Source: Sminthopsis crassicaudata (lineage: Eukaryota). From it: a DNA stretch of 64,000 bases. The notes beneath the pieces were generated by a model that was not told the DNA's origin, ran no database searches, and worked only from the letters and a program-made list of their open reading frames with translations. Numbering within the stretch: the stretch's first letter is position 1; every line of letters starts with the position of its first letter. The stretch lies in the NCBI RefSeq assembly GCF_048593235.1, contig NC_133619.1, positions 313,920,454-313,984,453 on the forward strand, written 5' to 3'. Shown piece by piece: positions 11,656-26,159 of this stretch. The position numbers and the translations under genes are program-made.

Positions 11656-12589
11656 CTTTGGGACAGTGCCTGGCACAAAGTAAGTGCTTAATTAATGATA
11701 CCTGACAATTCTTCCAAGCATCTGAAAAATCTCTGCAGACTTGATTTCATTTCTTCAATGTAAACATAACCAGCAGCAGGAAATAATAGGGGGTGGGAGT
11801 GGGAGCAGGGATAGGGGATGAATGTGGAGACTGCTCATTTTAGAAAGCAATAGGGCTGCTTAAGAGTTGGAAGGAATACTAACAGGTCCCCTTATTTTAT
11901 GGTTGAGCAAACTGAGAAATACCTTGAACTTCACTTGTGAAGGTGAGCGCTAAATACTTCTCACAAGACCACAAAGCAAGTATACAAGAGGAGAAAAAGG
12001 CAGCTCTGCTTGTGCAGTGATGATTTTCTATATAGCTGGACTAAATTTGCCTCCCCTTTTGTCAAATACAAGATCTTTTATTTTCTAGGTATGCATACTC
12101 ATTTTTTCCCTTCAGGACATTTTTTTATCCTTGATAATATATTTGGCATTTTTCTGGGAAAAAAAAATCAAAGATTCAATTTGATTCTGTTAGTCATATG
12201 CCTTGTAAGATTAAAGATCTGAAAATTTAAGATTTTTTTTTAATTTTTAAAAAAGTTTCATGAGTTTCAAGTCAGAAAAATGCTGGTATCTTAAGAAGCT
12301 GGCTACAATTACGAAGATGAGAGGTGATGGCAAAGTAATGAGACTGATTCCAAAAGCCATGTTGGAAAATCAGTTTCATTCCTTTATAAGCATACCTCAG
12401 ATAGGTCCCATTTTCTATTCTGTGACAGCTTTACAATAATTTGAATTAGTTACTCCTTGTGAGAACCACATATAATATGCTTTGTTAAAGTATCATATGA
12501 GTAATGAAGAATATGAAGAGTGGAGAATATTCTGGATTCCAATCCCCCGAGGGAAATATGAAATGAAAAAACAAAAAGGATTGAGAATA

Positions 12590-12815
12590 GTTCTTCTTAA
12601 CTTTTTTGTGTTGTAGACTTTGTTGGCAGGCTGGTGAAGATTACTGACACTCTACCCTTCCTCAGAATAAGGTTTTAAAATGCATATAATAAAGTACATA
12701 GTATTACCCCCCCAAAAAAAACCCCACAATTATACTGAAGTAGAGATGCTATTTTTCCCATCCAGATTTATAGACTCCCTGAAATCTTTAAACCCCAAGT
12801 TAAGAACCCCTGATT
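12590..12815 (+). mobile_element. MER5-like hAT-Charlie MITE remnant
   Basis: ttcttaacttttttgtg ... gttaagaacccctg termini. Confidence 0.6.
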
Positions 12816-13172
12816 TAGAAAAAGTCAAGAAGAAAATACCTTATAGTGTTAAGAACATTAACTATGAAATCAAATATTTTATACCTCCTTTCTGATTCTC
12901 ACTAGCCTAGTGATGATGAGTCTGTCACTTAATCTCTGTGGCCAAGGTTTCCTTATCTGTAAAAGGGGAGGAGGTTGGCCTGAGGTATGATCTAGATTTA
13001 GATCTATGAGATTTATCTTCACAGTGTTTCTTTCCTCCACATAATTTGGTCTCCACTTATCATTTCTTGTTTGTTACCATAATTTGGCTCTTCTTGTACT
13101 TCAACACTGATAATTGCATTTCAACAGTATAATTAAAATTATTTTGATTCTCTGTAATTGCCGTATTCTCAC

Positions 13173-13251
13173 CTTTCTGAGTTAAGTGGTGAAGAGTTCT
13201 GTTTTGTTTCTGGAGTATCAGCAAGCAGTTTTGGTTTATCATCCACCGAGA
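13173..13251 (-). CDS. MORC1: MORC1 exon (V)SVDDKPKLLADTPETKQNSSPLNSE(S)
   Basis: Acceptor tttttacaacctttag, donor AAAG|gtgaga; 79 nt, phase 1 to 2, compatible with both neighbours. Confidence 0.87.
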
Positions 13252-13574
13252 CTAAAGGTTGTAAAAAGGAAAGCAATCACATTTTGATAATGAGACAATA
13301 ATCCAAAAGACATGTCAATAAAAACATAAAATAAGAAACCATAAACATTTTGTCTTTATATTAAAATATCAATATGTAAAACAGTACCAAGGTATTCTTA
13401 GGGTAATTAAAAACCATCTTTCTGCAAAGTATTTATGATGAGGATCCAAGAGAGACTGGATGTAATTGGTTTTCATTACATGCTATTCATGGTACACATG
13501 TTAACTACTCGGAAGTGAGTCAGATTCCTCATTCCCAGTCTCCCATAAGCCTCTTCTCACCCTCTGTCCCCTTT

Positions 13575-16500
13575 TTTATTATTGATTTTAAAAAATTTTT
13601 CCCGATTAGATGTAAAGACGATTTTCAACATTTTTTATAAAATTTTGAATTCCAATTTTTTCTCCACCTCCTTCTGAACCTCCTTCCCCTAAATGGCAAG
13701 CAATCTGATATATACATGTGCAATCATGTAAACATATTTCCACATTAATCATGTTATGAAAAAAGAAAGAGAAACAAAGGGAAAAGCCAAGCAAAAGGAA
13801 AAACAACAACAACAAAAGTGTAGTAAGTACACTTCAATAAATATTCACACTCCCTATTTTCTTTCTCTCAAGGATCAGTATTTTCCATCATGAGTCCCTT
13901 GGATCTTGAATTACTGAATTGATGAGAAGAGGTAATTCTAGCATAGTTGATTATCATGCAATGTTATGTTACCATGTACACTGTTCTCCAGATTCTTCTT
14001 ACTTTTCTCAATATCAGTTCATGTAAATCTTTCCAGGTTTTTCTACAATGTTCTTGCTTTTCATTTCTCCATTACATTCTCACAGTTCTCCATTACATTC
14101 ACATAATAATTTGTTCAGCTATTCCCCAATTTATGGGCAATTCTTCAATTTCCAATTCATCGCCAATACATAAAGAGCTGCTAAAAACATTTTTGTACAT
14201 ATAAGTCCTTTTCCCTTTTATTATCTGTGGAACAGAGAGACCTAACAGTGGTATTGCTGGATCAAGGGGTATGCATAGTTTGATTGTCATTTGGGCATCA
14301 TTCCAAATTGCTCTCAATTGAATGGCTAGATCAGTTCACAACTCTCCAACAATACATTCGTGCTACAATTTTTCTGATATCTTCTCCAACATTTACTATT
14401 TTCCTTTTCTGTCATGTTAACCAATTTGATGTGTAAGATAGTACCAAAGAGTTGTTTTCATTTTCATTTCTCTAATTAATAGTGATTTAGAACATTTTTT
14501 CATATGACTATAGATAGCTTTATTTTTTTCATCTGAAAATTTCCTGTTCATATCCTTTGAGCATTTATCAACTGGGGAATGATCTGTATTCTTATAAATT
14601 TGATTCTGTTCTCTGTGAATTTGAGGAGGTCCTTATTAGAAACACTTGATGCAAAAATTGTTTCTCCATTTTCTGCTTTCCTTCAAAACTTGTTTGCATT
14701 GATTTTGCTTCTGCAAAACCTTTATAATGTAATCAAAATTATTCACTTTCCATTTCATAATGTTCTCTATTGTTTGATCATAAATTCTTTCCTTTTCTAT
14801 AGATCTGACAGGTAAACTTCCTTGCTCTTCTAATTTGCTTATGGTATCACATAGATAGATTCATATACCCATTTTTTGCCTTATCTTGGTATATGGTATA
14901 AGATATTTGTACATACCTAGTTTCCACCACACTATTTTTAGTTTGCTTAGAAGCTTTTGTGAAATAATGATTTCTTATTCTAGAAACTGAAGTCTTTGGG
15001 TTTATCAAACAGAAGATTAATACAATTATTGACTACAGTGTTTTGAGTAGTGTTTTGTGTATTTAATCTGTTCCACTGATCTACCATTAAATTTCTTAGC
15101 CAATATCAAACATTGTTGTTGACTGGTACTTTAAAATAGTTTTAGATCTGGTAAGACCAAGTTACCTTTCTTTGCATTTTTTTTCAATATTTCCTTTGAT
15201 ATACTTGATTTTTGGTTTTTCCAGATGAATTTTGTTATTATTTTCTAGCTCTATAAAATCATTTTTGATAGTGTGATTGGTATGGCCTAGGATAAGTAAA
15301 TGAATTTAGGAAGAATTATCATTTTTATTATATTAGCTTGGCTTACTCACAAGAAATTGATATTTTTCTAGTTGCTTTGATCTGACTTTATGTGAAAAGT
15401 GTTTTATAATTGTGTCTATATAGTTCTTGGGTTTGTGTTGGCAAGTAGACTTCCAAATATTTTATATTGTCTACAGTTATTTTAAATGGAGTTTCTCTTT
15501 CTATTTATTGCAACTAAGCTTTGTAGGTAATATAGAAAGAAGTGCTAATGATTTTTGTGGGTTTACTTTATATCCTGAAACTTGCTACAGCTGTTGTTTC
15601 AAATAGTTTTTTTTTTTTTTAATTTCTTGATGGCTCTGTAAGAATACCATCATATCATTTCCCTCGTTGTCCATCCCAATTTCTTCTCTTATTGCGAAAG
15701 CTAACAGTACTAGTTATATATAAATATTTATTTATATTATATAATAATTATGTAATAAATAAATAATAGCAGTGATAACTAGCATATTTCTTTCATATTT
15801 AATCTTATTGGGAAAACTTCCAGCTTATCCTTATTATAGATAATGCTTGGTGGTTTTTTGGATCTTCTTATTCTACTTATCAATCAAGCTTAATAAAAGC
15901 TCCAGTTTCCTATGATCTCTAGTGTTTTTAATAGGAATAGTATTTTGTCAAAAGCTTTTTTATGGATCTATTGAGATAATCATATAATTTCTGTTCGTTT
16001 TGTTATTATTATGGTCAATTATGCTGATATCTCATGCTTTAGATGGGGAAAAAAGCAGAGGAGATCAATTCTAATCACAGACAAAGCAAAAAAAAAAAAA
16101 AAAACTAGATCTTTAAAAAGACAAAGAAGGAATCTACCTTTTGCTGAAAAGTATTGAATACTGAACCAGCCCTACATTCCTGCAATAAATCCCACCTGAT
16201 CATAGAGTATTGCACTGGTGATAAATTGCTGCAGACTCTTTGCTAATATTTTATTTTCATCAATACTCAATTGGGAAATTGATTTATAACTTTCTCTTTT
16301 TTTTGGCTCTTCCAGATTTAGACATCAGCTGTGTCATAAAAAAGTATTTAGTAGGATTCCACCTATTTTTTCCAAATAGTTTATACAATGGGATTAATTG
16401 TTCACTAAATGTTTGATAGAATTTATTTTTAAATCAATCTGGTCCTGGAAATTTTTTCTTAGGGAGTTCATTGTTGGCTTGTTCACTTTCTTTTTCTAAA

Positions 16501-17770
16501 ATAGATTAAGTATTTTATTTTCTCTTCTATTAATTTGGAAATGTATATTTTGTAAGTATTCATCTATTGTACTTAGATTGTCAGATTTATTGGCATACAG
16601 TTGGACAAACTAGGTCCTAATTATTGTTTTAATTTCTACTTCATTGCTGGTAAATTCAACAATTTCATTTTTGATACTGGAAATTTGGTTTTCTTTCTTT
16701 TTTCTAATCAAATTAACCAAAGGTTTATCTATTTAGTTGGTTTGTTTTTTTTTCCCTAAAACCAATTCATAGTTTTCTTTACTAGATAATTTCAATATTA
16801 TTAATTTTCCTTTGATTTTCAGAATTTTTAATTTGATATTTAATTGGTAGTTTTTAATTAATTCTTTTTCTAGCTTTTTTAGTTGTCTTCCCTATTCATT
16901 GATCTTTTTTTCTCCATTTTATTCATGTAATAAACCTCTACGGGTACATTTCCCTTAAGAAATGCTTTGACTGCATCCCATCAATTTTACTACACTGTCA
17001 CAAAATTGTCATTCTCTTTGATGAAATTATTGATGATTTTTATGATTTTCTGACCCATTCATTCAAGATTATTTAGTTTCCAATTAATTTTTGTTTCATT
17101 TTCCCAATTTTTTTTCTACCTTGCTTATTTGATTTTTCAAAATCAGTTTTAGACTTAAAAAAAAAAAGGAAAGCTTTTTGGGCTCAAGACCAATTCATAT
17201 TCCTCTTTGAGGATTTATATGTCGACATTTTGACATTTTTGTCTTTTTCTAAGTTTGTATTTGAATCTTTCCTGTCACCACAGTAGCTTTTTATAGTCTG
17301 GACTCTTTGTTTTTTTCTCATTTTTTAAAGTTGAATTCTGCTCCTGAGATACAAGGGCGACCGTCCCAAGTTTCTTACACTGAGGGCTAAGGACCCAGTT
17401 TCTGGTTTCTGTGACAGGATCTCTGGAGCTGAGAGCTTACTTACTCTTTGTGCTGGAGTGGTCCAATCTACTTGCACCTGCATTCTGGGGCTGGCAGTTT
17501 CCCTTCTGTGTTGAGGCTACAAGGCCTCCTAGCTGGCCTGCTGATCCAAGACTGCTGAGTCTTGGGTGCTGACTTGTGGCTAAAAGCCTCCTCTTGTCTT
17601 GCCCAGACACTGCCTATGCTGTGCTCTGTTCCCTTTTACCCAAGTGAGATCTTCCCTGAAGACCTTTTAACTTAAGCTAAAAAATTGATTCACTCTGTCT
17701 TTTTTGTGAGTTCTTTTAGAGGCCTGATTTAATGTTGTTTCTGAGGGAAACTGGGGAGAGTTTGATGAAC
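13575..17770 (-). mobile_element. Long decayed marsupial L1 (3' UTR at low coordinates, ORF2 remnants, probable 5' UTR near 17.3-17.7 kb)
   Basis: Reverse L1 3' end (tttttattattg...tttccacattaatcatg), ORF2 remnants (ORF 14099-14317 AIWNDAQMTIKLCIPLDPAIPLLGL) and a T-rich body. Confidence 0.88.
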
Positions 17771-19633
17771 TTTCTGGCTTCTCTCTGCCATTCGTCTTAA
17801 CAGTCACTTTTGCTGTACTAATTTGAGAATACAACAGAAAGAAACTTTTAGTCATAAGCAAGCATTACAGTCTTTTGCCAATAGATGTGGGTCAGGGACC
17901 AAGATCAAATGATGCAATTTGCCTTGGATGCCCTTACCCAACCATAGCCCAAACTGCCAGGTATCCAGGGTCTTCATGATTTTCCCTTTGTCCCCAGTAT
18001 CTTCTTAATGGAGTCCTCTCTGGCTGCTGCCCTCTTCTTTGGACCTTGCCTCTAGCATCCTCAATTGAAATTTAACCTGTACTACATGCTATTCTCTCAG
18101 AACCCTGCTTTCTAAATATTTTATTTAAAATCATTGTAAATAGAGTTGACAGATGTGGGGTGTAGGCCATACCCCAATTCTATTCAGTGTGTGCTGTTAT
18201 TTCACTCCTGTGATCTTCAGGTTCCCCCTGTTAGGTTGTAAGCTTCTTGAAGGCAGTGAGTTTTTTACTTCTTTATTGTATTCCCAGTACTTGGTACAGT
18301 ATCTGACACATAGTAGGTGTTAAATAATTGTTATTATAGGATTATTATTATTTAATCCATCTTTTCTCTATTAGCTATGACCTCCTCTTTTTCTAAAATA
18401 ACTCATGCTAATGAATTAATTGAATATAACAATTGTAATAAATACAATAAGCAATTAGACAGAGGTAACATGGTGGACAAAATGAAGGGCCTCTATTCAA
18501 AAAGATGAGAATTCAAATCCTGGCTCATGTATATGATCAGGAGACATCAATTAACTTTCTTTGGTCTTAATCCAACCCTTGGACAAATGAAGGTATTGAA
18601 TTGTAAAAATGGACAACTGTGAAAGACTTAAGGTCTCTGATCAATGCAGGGAACGACCAAGGTTCCATAGGTAGATGCTACCCATCTTCTGACAAAGAGG
18701 CGATATGTGTACAATAAGACATATATATTTTTGGACATGACCAATGTGATTTTTTTTGTTACAAAAGGCTTCTCCCCTCTCTTAGACAGTTTAGGAAGGA
18801 AGCAGATGGGAGAGAAATGTTTGTAATTTTTTTAAAAATTAAACTTAATTTTTAAAAAAGCAAAAAATAATGGGTGAAGGAAATTGAACTAAGTGATCAC
18901 TCAAGTTCCTTACACCTGAAAATCAATTAATCCGTTCTAAGGGTAAATCCAATCCCAATCAACAAGCATTTATTAAATGACTACTATATGAAATGTTAAA
19001 ACAGCAGGGCAGAGTAGGAAGAACATTGTCCTTGGACAAAATTACAGATTCCCTAAGTCCAGCATTTTGGCATATGTTGGCTATGAGGTCATGGTGATTT
19101 GGTTTCTCAGAACTTTAGTCCACTAAGACTATAAAGCTATCAAGGAATTTCTTCATAGTTAACTAAACTAAATCAATAAAGTCATAGGTCATGTAAAATG
19201 CTGTGTTAACATTGCCTACAAAAAGACTAAATAAAAAATCACCCCTGACCTCAAGATGTTTGGAACTGCTGGAGTTAACTTCATTCTTCCATATTAAGAT
19301 ATACGCACTTGGAAGCAATACACTAAATCAAAGATAAAAAAAATGGGGAGAGTTTCAGGTGGCCTGGTCATTTAAAGTCTATGGGACCCTTTCTGGCAAT
19401 TTGAATCACAACATTCAAGATACAAGGCAGCATCATTATCTGTCTACAAATAGTGTTGGCCCTCTAGCCTTTAATCCACTCTTATTGGTAGAGCCATAAA
19501 TTTCATATTAAAAATCCAAGAGATTAACATAAAAATGAGGCTCCTGTTTCTTTATCTCATGATGAAGTCACAAAGATCTATGTATTCAATTTTGCTACTG
19601 GCCATATTTTTGTCCATAAGTTCTCTTTTTTAC

Positions 19634-19700
19634 CTTTGTTCATCAAAGTCTCCTCCTTTTCATGTTTCAGGGTCATGACAGCATCGTTTTCATCTGTAAA
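19634..19700 (-). CDS. MORC1: MORC1 exon FTDENDAVMTLKHEKEETLMNK(V); alternative acceptor at 19693
   Basis: Pyrimidine tract ttttctttttccaatttttaag|TTTACAG| with tandem AG acceptors; donor AAAG|gtaaaa; ends in phase 1; TLKHEKEE resembles SLKQEKKE. Confidence 0.85.
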
Positions 19701-21309
19701 CTTAAAAATTGGAAAAAGAAAAGCTCTGAAGGATTTGTTTTTAAAGCCAGCCCCCAAGAGCACATTAAATCATGGGCATCAGACTCTTAGCAACAGAGTC
19801 TGAGCTGAAAGCTTAGTAGGCAGCAATCACAAAAACTGAACTCACTCCAAGAAAATGACATCAATGCAGACTGCCACACAAATGAGATCAGGGCTTACGT
19901 ATGTCTTGAGGATAAGTCTCATGATTCTTTTTTCAAATTTATTTCTGATACTGATTTAAATGACACAAATATTTTCTTTGATATATGTAGATGAGAAAAA
20001 TCATCATCACACTTTGTGGGGATGTTACCAAATCTATAAAAATGAAATTACACACATAGTGAATCATATCCCACTCCCCCAGTGAGTGGGAAATAAAGGA
20101 TGTAAGAAATTTTTTCTTACTCGGTTTGAAGGAGGTTTTCTACTTGTATTTTACCATCCAGCACTGCTCATACTCCATAAACTAAGTTTCTTAGGTCCTT
20201 CTTGAAATTTCCATAGGACACCAAAATATATGTTTCTCTCTGAAGATCCAGCTATCTCTAGTTTAGCCCTCAGGATATCCAAGGGCAAGTGTTAAATCCC
20301 AGTAACTCATACCTCTATTGGTTCTAATTTTTTTCTTCTTGTACAAGTATCTAAGATGGCCTTAGGACATTATCTTTTGGATTTCCTGAGCTAACTAAAA
20401 TGTGAAGCAAATGCCTGAGAAAGTTGTAGGTTACACAAAGTTGTCTTGATGTGTGATGACAGGACATCTATATCAGAAGATATCTGACGTCAGGAAGATT
20501 TAGTTAAAACTACCAGAATACACTCTTAATTTCAATGCCTGGGAGGTGAGGAAGAGAAATAAACTAGCATTTATTAAGTGCCTGCTTTGTGTTGGGCACT
20601 ATCCTAAGCTTATACACACACATATATATACACACACACATACCCTAAAATAAAATATGTAAAAATGTGGAATAGATGATCTCAAGCTGTATGAACGATT
20701 TTGAACACATATTATACAAATACTATAATATATATATATATTCTAAAATAAAAAATGTAAAATTTGGAACAGATGATTTCTAAAGTATCTTTTAGCTGTA
20801 TGATCCTATGGAATTCTATGTTTGAAGGATAATGATAGTAGAAGAAATACATTAATGAATGGAAAAGTGCAGATAGGGCTACACAGGCTTTAAGTAAAAT
20901 GGTGATGCACTGAAGGATTGACTTTAGAACATTCTTATTTTTCCTCTTTATATCCTTTCCCCTTTCTTATTTAAGAACAATAATAGTATAAAAGACATTT
21001 GTGTTCCACTCCATACACTGCATTCCATGTTCTATCTATGTACTAATCCTTCTTTTCCTCTCCATCATCTTTATCATAAACTATCATTTATAAAATACTT
21101 TAAGATATAAAATTTTTGCTATTATTATTTTATTTTTAATGATTTTTTCAAGTAGATAATTTTAATCCCCATTTTATGATTGAGAAAACTGAGGCAGACC
21201 AAGTTCATATATCTTGCCCATTCCTAAAATACTCTTGCTTCCCCTCACCACCCATTGGAAGCCTTAGTTACTTTCAAAGTCAGAAGCAGTGCTTCTAGAT
21301 GGACTGGAT

Positions 21310-22090
21310 TAGGAATAATGCACCTAGGTTGTCTAATAAATTTGGAAAGAGAGATTAGCTGAGGCTACAAAATAAAGAAGGATGAGGGAGACTCAAATAA
21401 GAGGCTGTTGCAATGGTCCAGATAAGAAATGAAAACCTGAGCTATGATGGTAGCTATGAGTAGAAAAAAGGAAATAGATGAAAAAAGTATGTGGTAAAGA
21501 TATGTAGCAAAGGCTTGGATTGTGATAAGAGAGAAAGGTGAAGATGCTGAGCTTATAAACCTTGGGGACTGGTAGGATGATTGTGTTCTTGATCTTGAGA
21601 GGGGAATTAGTTTGAGGGGGTGAGTTGTTTTTGGAAAAGATAGTGAATTCTATTTTGAAAAAGCTGAGTTTGAGATTTCTATGAGTATCTAATGGGATTA
21701 TCCAATAAAGTGTAGAATATATAGATTTGGGAGTCATGCCCACAGATGTAATTGAGTCCATGGGATAGGATGAATCATCAAGAGGGAAAGTGTAAAAATT
21801 GAAGAAGTCCTTGGGGCACATCCTCAAATAGAGGCCAAAATAGTAATGAAGATCCAGTAAAGGGGGATCAGGAATTGCCAGACATATGGAAAGGAATCTA
21901 TAAGGAAAAAGTATTACAAGGGTAGGATGCTCAATCATGTTGAATCCTGGAGAGAATTCAAGAATAATGAAAACAGAGAAAAAGGCATTAGACTGCTCAA
22001 TTAAAAGATCAGGAGTAACTTTGGAGAAAATAAATTTTAAGTGAGTAATGAGGTAAGGAGCAAGAATGTAAGAGGTTTAGGAGAGAAAGA
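21310..22090 (-). mobile_element. L2 LINE fragment
   Basis: G/A-rich L2 text (gaggctgttgcaatggtccagataaga...gatgagttcagttttg-like motifs); explains ORF 21393-21938. Confidence 0.75.
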
Positions 22091-25000
22091 AGAGAAAGTT
22101 TATCTTGACTTCAGGAAGAACATCCCAGCTTGATTGTGCTTCTGCAGCCTGAGGACCAACAAACAGTGCTGAAAGGCTCAGTACCAAGAAAGCAGCACAG
22201 GAGGCAGTGAATTATTTTTACCACAATGATCACAGCAGCTCATGAAAACATTCCATTAAGGTCAAGAGTGGATTGAAAAAATTCTTACAAAGAGTCCTTA
22301 TACTGATTAAGTAATGGATCTTTTGAAGGATTGATGTAAATAACTTACTACAAATATACAACCTTTTCTTATTAGGATATAGGCTCTTTGAAAGAAGAGA
22401 CTAGGTTTTTCAAAATTGTATACCTAGCATCTAGCAAAGATTTTTGCCACAGTAAGAACTTAATACGAATCTTTTTCATTCAGTTGTTCATCCATCTATC
22501 CATCTAAGAGGGATGGAAGGTAGAATGGAGATGTAGATTTAAAGATATAGAGGCCTAGAGAGATATATAGGATGGAAAATGACAGCCAAATAATGTAGGA
22601 TGGGCATGTCCATCTTTAATGTAAACAACTCTATTGCTTAGTTTGATGAATACTTATTTCTGTGATTTAAGAAAAAAGGTGGCATTCTTTGAATGGATTG
22701 GTTCATAATGAAGGTTAGTGGGAGGGCAGAAAGACTTTCTCAACAGTCTCAAAGTGGTTGTAAATCCTCCATGTCTAGTGTGCAAATCTAAAGAGTGAAA
22801 AAGAGAGAATAAAAGATCATTAATTTAGAATTGAACAGGGCCTTAGAGTTATCTTAGTTTAATCTCTTCATTTTATAAAGAAGGAAACTGGATCTCAGAG
22901 AAGTTAAGTGCCTGTGGTTGGATTTGAATCCAAGTTTTTGGAACTCTAATTGTGATGGTCTATTCACCATACTACACTATCTCACTGAGATAAATAAGAA
23001 AGACAGGTAGAGACAAGTTGAGAGTAAAGCAAAAACTCTTACTCTATTCTTAGATCTTGCAAGTTGCTCAAGGTTCAGACAGTACCCTTCTTCATCTAGC
23101 TGTTAGATAGTTCAGCTCTTGATCTTTCATTCTACTTATCATAAGCTGTTTTTTTTTAATAATAAACTGGCTTGGTATTTCCTTTATTTCCCATTTAAAA
23201 TGTGTATTTTAATAGCAATATCTGGAGATAATACTTTGGCAGGAAGTGGGTTAGCTGGATGAAACGGTGTCTAAAGCACTAACTAGCTTGCTGTCAGTGG
23301 TAGTTGTTTTCAGAACAACTGATATAAGAAAATGAAGAGTTGTGGTTGGAATAATAGACGTTGGAACTGTTTCTGATCTGTCATTTAAAATACATGTGTT
23401 TTCTCTGTACTGTGAACTTTCAGCTAAATAATTTTTTAATTCAATATTTAAGCAACATGGATTACAACCAAGTACATTATGTAAGACTATGAAGTTTTAA
23501 GCCTTTAAAAGAATTATTTAATACTCTCAGTTATAAATCATTTTGTTATAATCCACGAGGATCCTAATCAGGATGTTTAGCTTTAGTAAGATTCCCTACT
23601 GAAGAAAATGGACTAGCACTAAAGTATCTAAGATTAAAGAGAATGACACCCAGCAAGGAGAGTTTGTGATTTGTGCTGTTAACATAATCTCACGGGATTG
23701 TTGTTGTTATTATTTTTTGCATGTCTGTATCTAATTCATGGCTCAGATTTCTGCTTATTATAGGCGTTTTTCTATCAGAATCTGATATGCTTCTTATATA
23801 AAACTTTGCTTTGTCTACTGAATGTGGGAAGTTGCTTTCTTTATATTAAAAGAATCATAAAAACCTTTGAAATAGTCTGGATGAGGAATCTGCAACCTTC
23901 AGATATCTTTTTTTTTTCTAATAAAATGATATAAACATCTGACTTAATCCTTTGCTGCCCTCTGATACAATCAAGTTATCACTCTGTGAGTCTGAACAGT
24001 TTTCAAAGAGAAAGCAACATGATATATAAGTATTCTTTGAGATAGATTTTATTTTCTTCAGCCTTACACTCAAAATTCAGTTGTTTCTTTTTTCCATGCC
24101 ACTTTAGCTCTGTCTTTCCTGGGATTTAACTCAACGGCATCCAAAGGATAAAACCTCACCCTCAATGAATGAGATTATGGCTAAATTTCAACAAGCAGTT
24201 CATGACTCCTTAATTAAAATTATGTTAATAATAAGCAGGGCTGGATTTGCCAGATCCCCAAGGAAGTCAATGGATCAGTGAAATATTGTTTGCTTAATTT
24301 TGTAAGGTATACATTTAAGAGGATAAATAATTCATAAACAAACCAGAGAAAGAGAAAATAGAAAACCATAAACATGCATAATTCCTAGTTATTTTGACTG
24401 CTCTTAAAGTAAATTTAAAACCTACAGAATAAGACTCTATACTTTGGAGTCTAAACCCAAATTTGGCAAATTACTAACTATGTAATAACTTCGAAAAGTC
24501 ATTTAACTTCTCTGAACCTCACTTTCCACATTTGTAAAAATGAAGAGATTTCTTTAGATGTCCTCTTAAGATTCCTTTTTGGCTCCAAATGTACAGTCTT
24601 ATATTGATAAAGTATGGATATATCCCTTGAGAAATTGGGGACTTTGGGGCAAATCAAAAGCAGGGGAACAGAGTTTTCCTCAATAAAAATCAGAAATTTC
24701 AGTACTTTGTGCTAGGAAGGGAAGAGTAATACCATAATCCTTCTCAACTTCTAATTTTTGTTACAATCTTCTTGCCAGAAAAGCTCTCCTTGCTTCCTAT
24801 AACTAATCTAAATAATAACTACTCTTCCAGGCCAATGTTTGTCTAAATGTTTCTGTGATTCTTTTCCTCTAGCTACTTTAGTCCAAAGTGATTTATCCCT
24901 TGTATAAGAGAAGTAATACAGATTTCTTTATAATCTGTATAATATTATAACTTAGGAAAACACTAAGAAACATCAGAGGGAAAACAAGTTTATAGAGCAC

Positions 25001-25622
25001 TTGGTAGGAGACCCAATTAAGCCAGATTGACACTAGGACATGTACAGATGAAATGAGAAAGACAATGAATGGAAGAGAAAGAGAAATGATATATAAATAA
25101 TCCATCTGAAATGGAGGCTTAACAATCTGTTTTTCTCTGATCACCAATAGCAGTGGTGCCACATTTGGATTCTAATATCACAGTCCTGGATGTGCCACAG
25201 GAGGAAACAGAAATAGTACCACACCCCAAAAAAACACAAAACAAATCAAAACAAAACAAAACAAAAAATCAAAAACAAACAAACAAAAAAACAACAAAGA
25301 TGGGAAGATGAACAAGACTTTACATGGAGAAGGAAATGGGGTAAAATAATTTTTGAAACACTGAGATATTGATTTTCAAAGAATGTAAAAGAAGGGAGCA
25401 TAGTAAAGACAAAAAATCTCAGACTAAAAAATAAAAATATCCAAAAGAATATCACTAACAATGACCTATTTGCTTACTTTCATATTTCCACAAAATTTTT
25501 CCAAGAATAATCTACATATCCATCCTCAATGAAAGTATGCGAGATCAGAAAGGTTTTAAAAATAATATGCAGGCAGTTCATATCTTTATATAATCAAATA
25601 AGAGAATGAAAAGTATAGTGAA

Positions 25623-25773
25623 GGGGCTTCTAGGTGGCGCAGTGAATAGAGCACTTGAATTCAAGAGGACCCGAGTTCAAATCAGATCTCAGACACTTAA
25701 CACTTCCTAGCTGTGTGACCCTGGGCAAGTCACTTAACCCCAGACTCAGGGGGAAAAATAAGAAAGAAAGAAA
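25623..25773 (+). mobile_element. WSINE1-type SINE with 15-bp target-site duplication
   Basis: ggggcttctaggtggcgcagtg...gagttcaaatc...gtgtgaccctgggcaagtcacttaacccc; TSD gaaaagtata(g/c)tgaa at 25608-25622 and 25774-25788. Confidence 0.88.
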
Positions 25774-26159
25774 GAAAAGTATACTGAAAATTCACTGTGA
25801 TTGCTTGCTAACTATAAAAAAGGACTGTACTTAGTAGAAAAAAAACACTAACAATGTGTCTTTTGTGCATATACCTAAGTCTTACAAGATTCCATGAATA
25901 TATAATGATAAATACATCTTTGAGAATCCTTTGATCATTAATATGAAGCTATTAGATTGGTGATATGCTAGATAGAACTGAGTCTGAATTCTGCCTTCTG
26001 GGGCCAAGTCATTTAACCTCTTAGTAATAATAACACTTGCCTCATAGAATTGTAGTAAAGATCAACTGAGTTAATATGCATAAAGTACTTTACTAAATTT
26101 TTATGTGGCATATAAATGTTGGCTATTACAATTACCAAGTGAGGCACAAAGCTAAGGAT

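Noticed and set aside
20640-20800. Imperfect ~95-bp tandem duplication of a MIR-like tail; also a 22-bp tandem copy near 53920-53960.
   Set aside because: Ordinary slippage-scale duplications in AT-rich DNA.
24030-24120. Minus-strand peptide WHGKKKQLNFECKAEEN resembles recalled human WEMKRKQSLNFVEECK.
   Set aside because: The available splice sites give phase 1 to 1, with a weak acceptor, and do not fit the chain. The 28.7 kb exon already aligns to this part of the protein.
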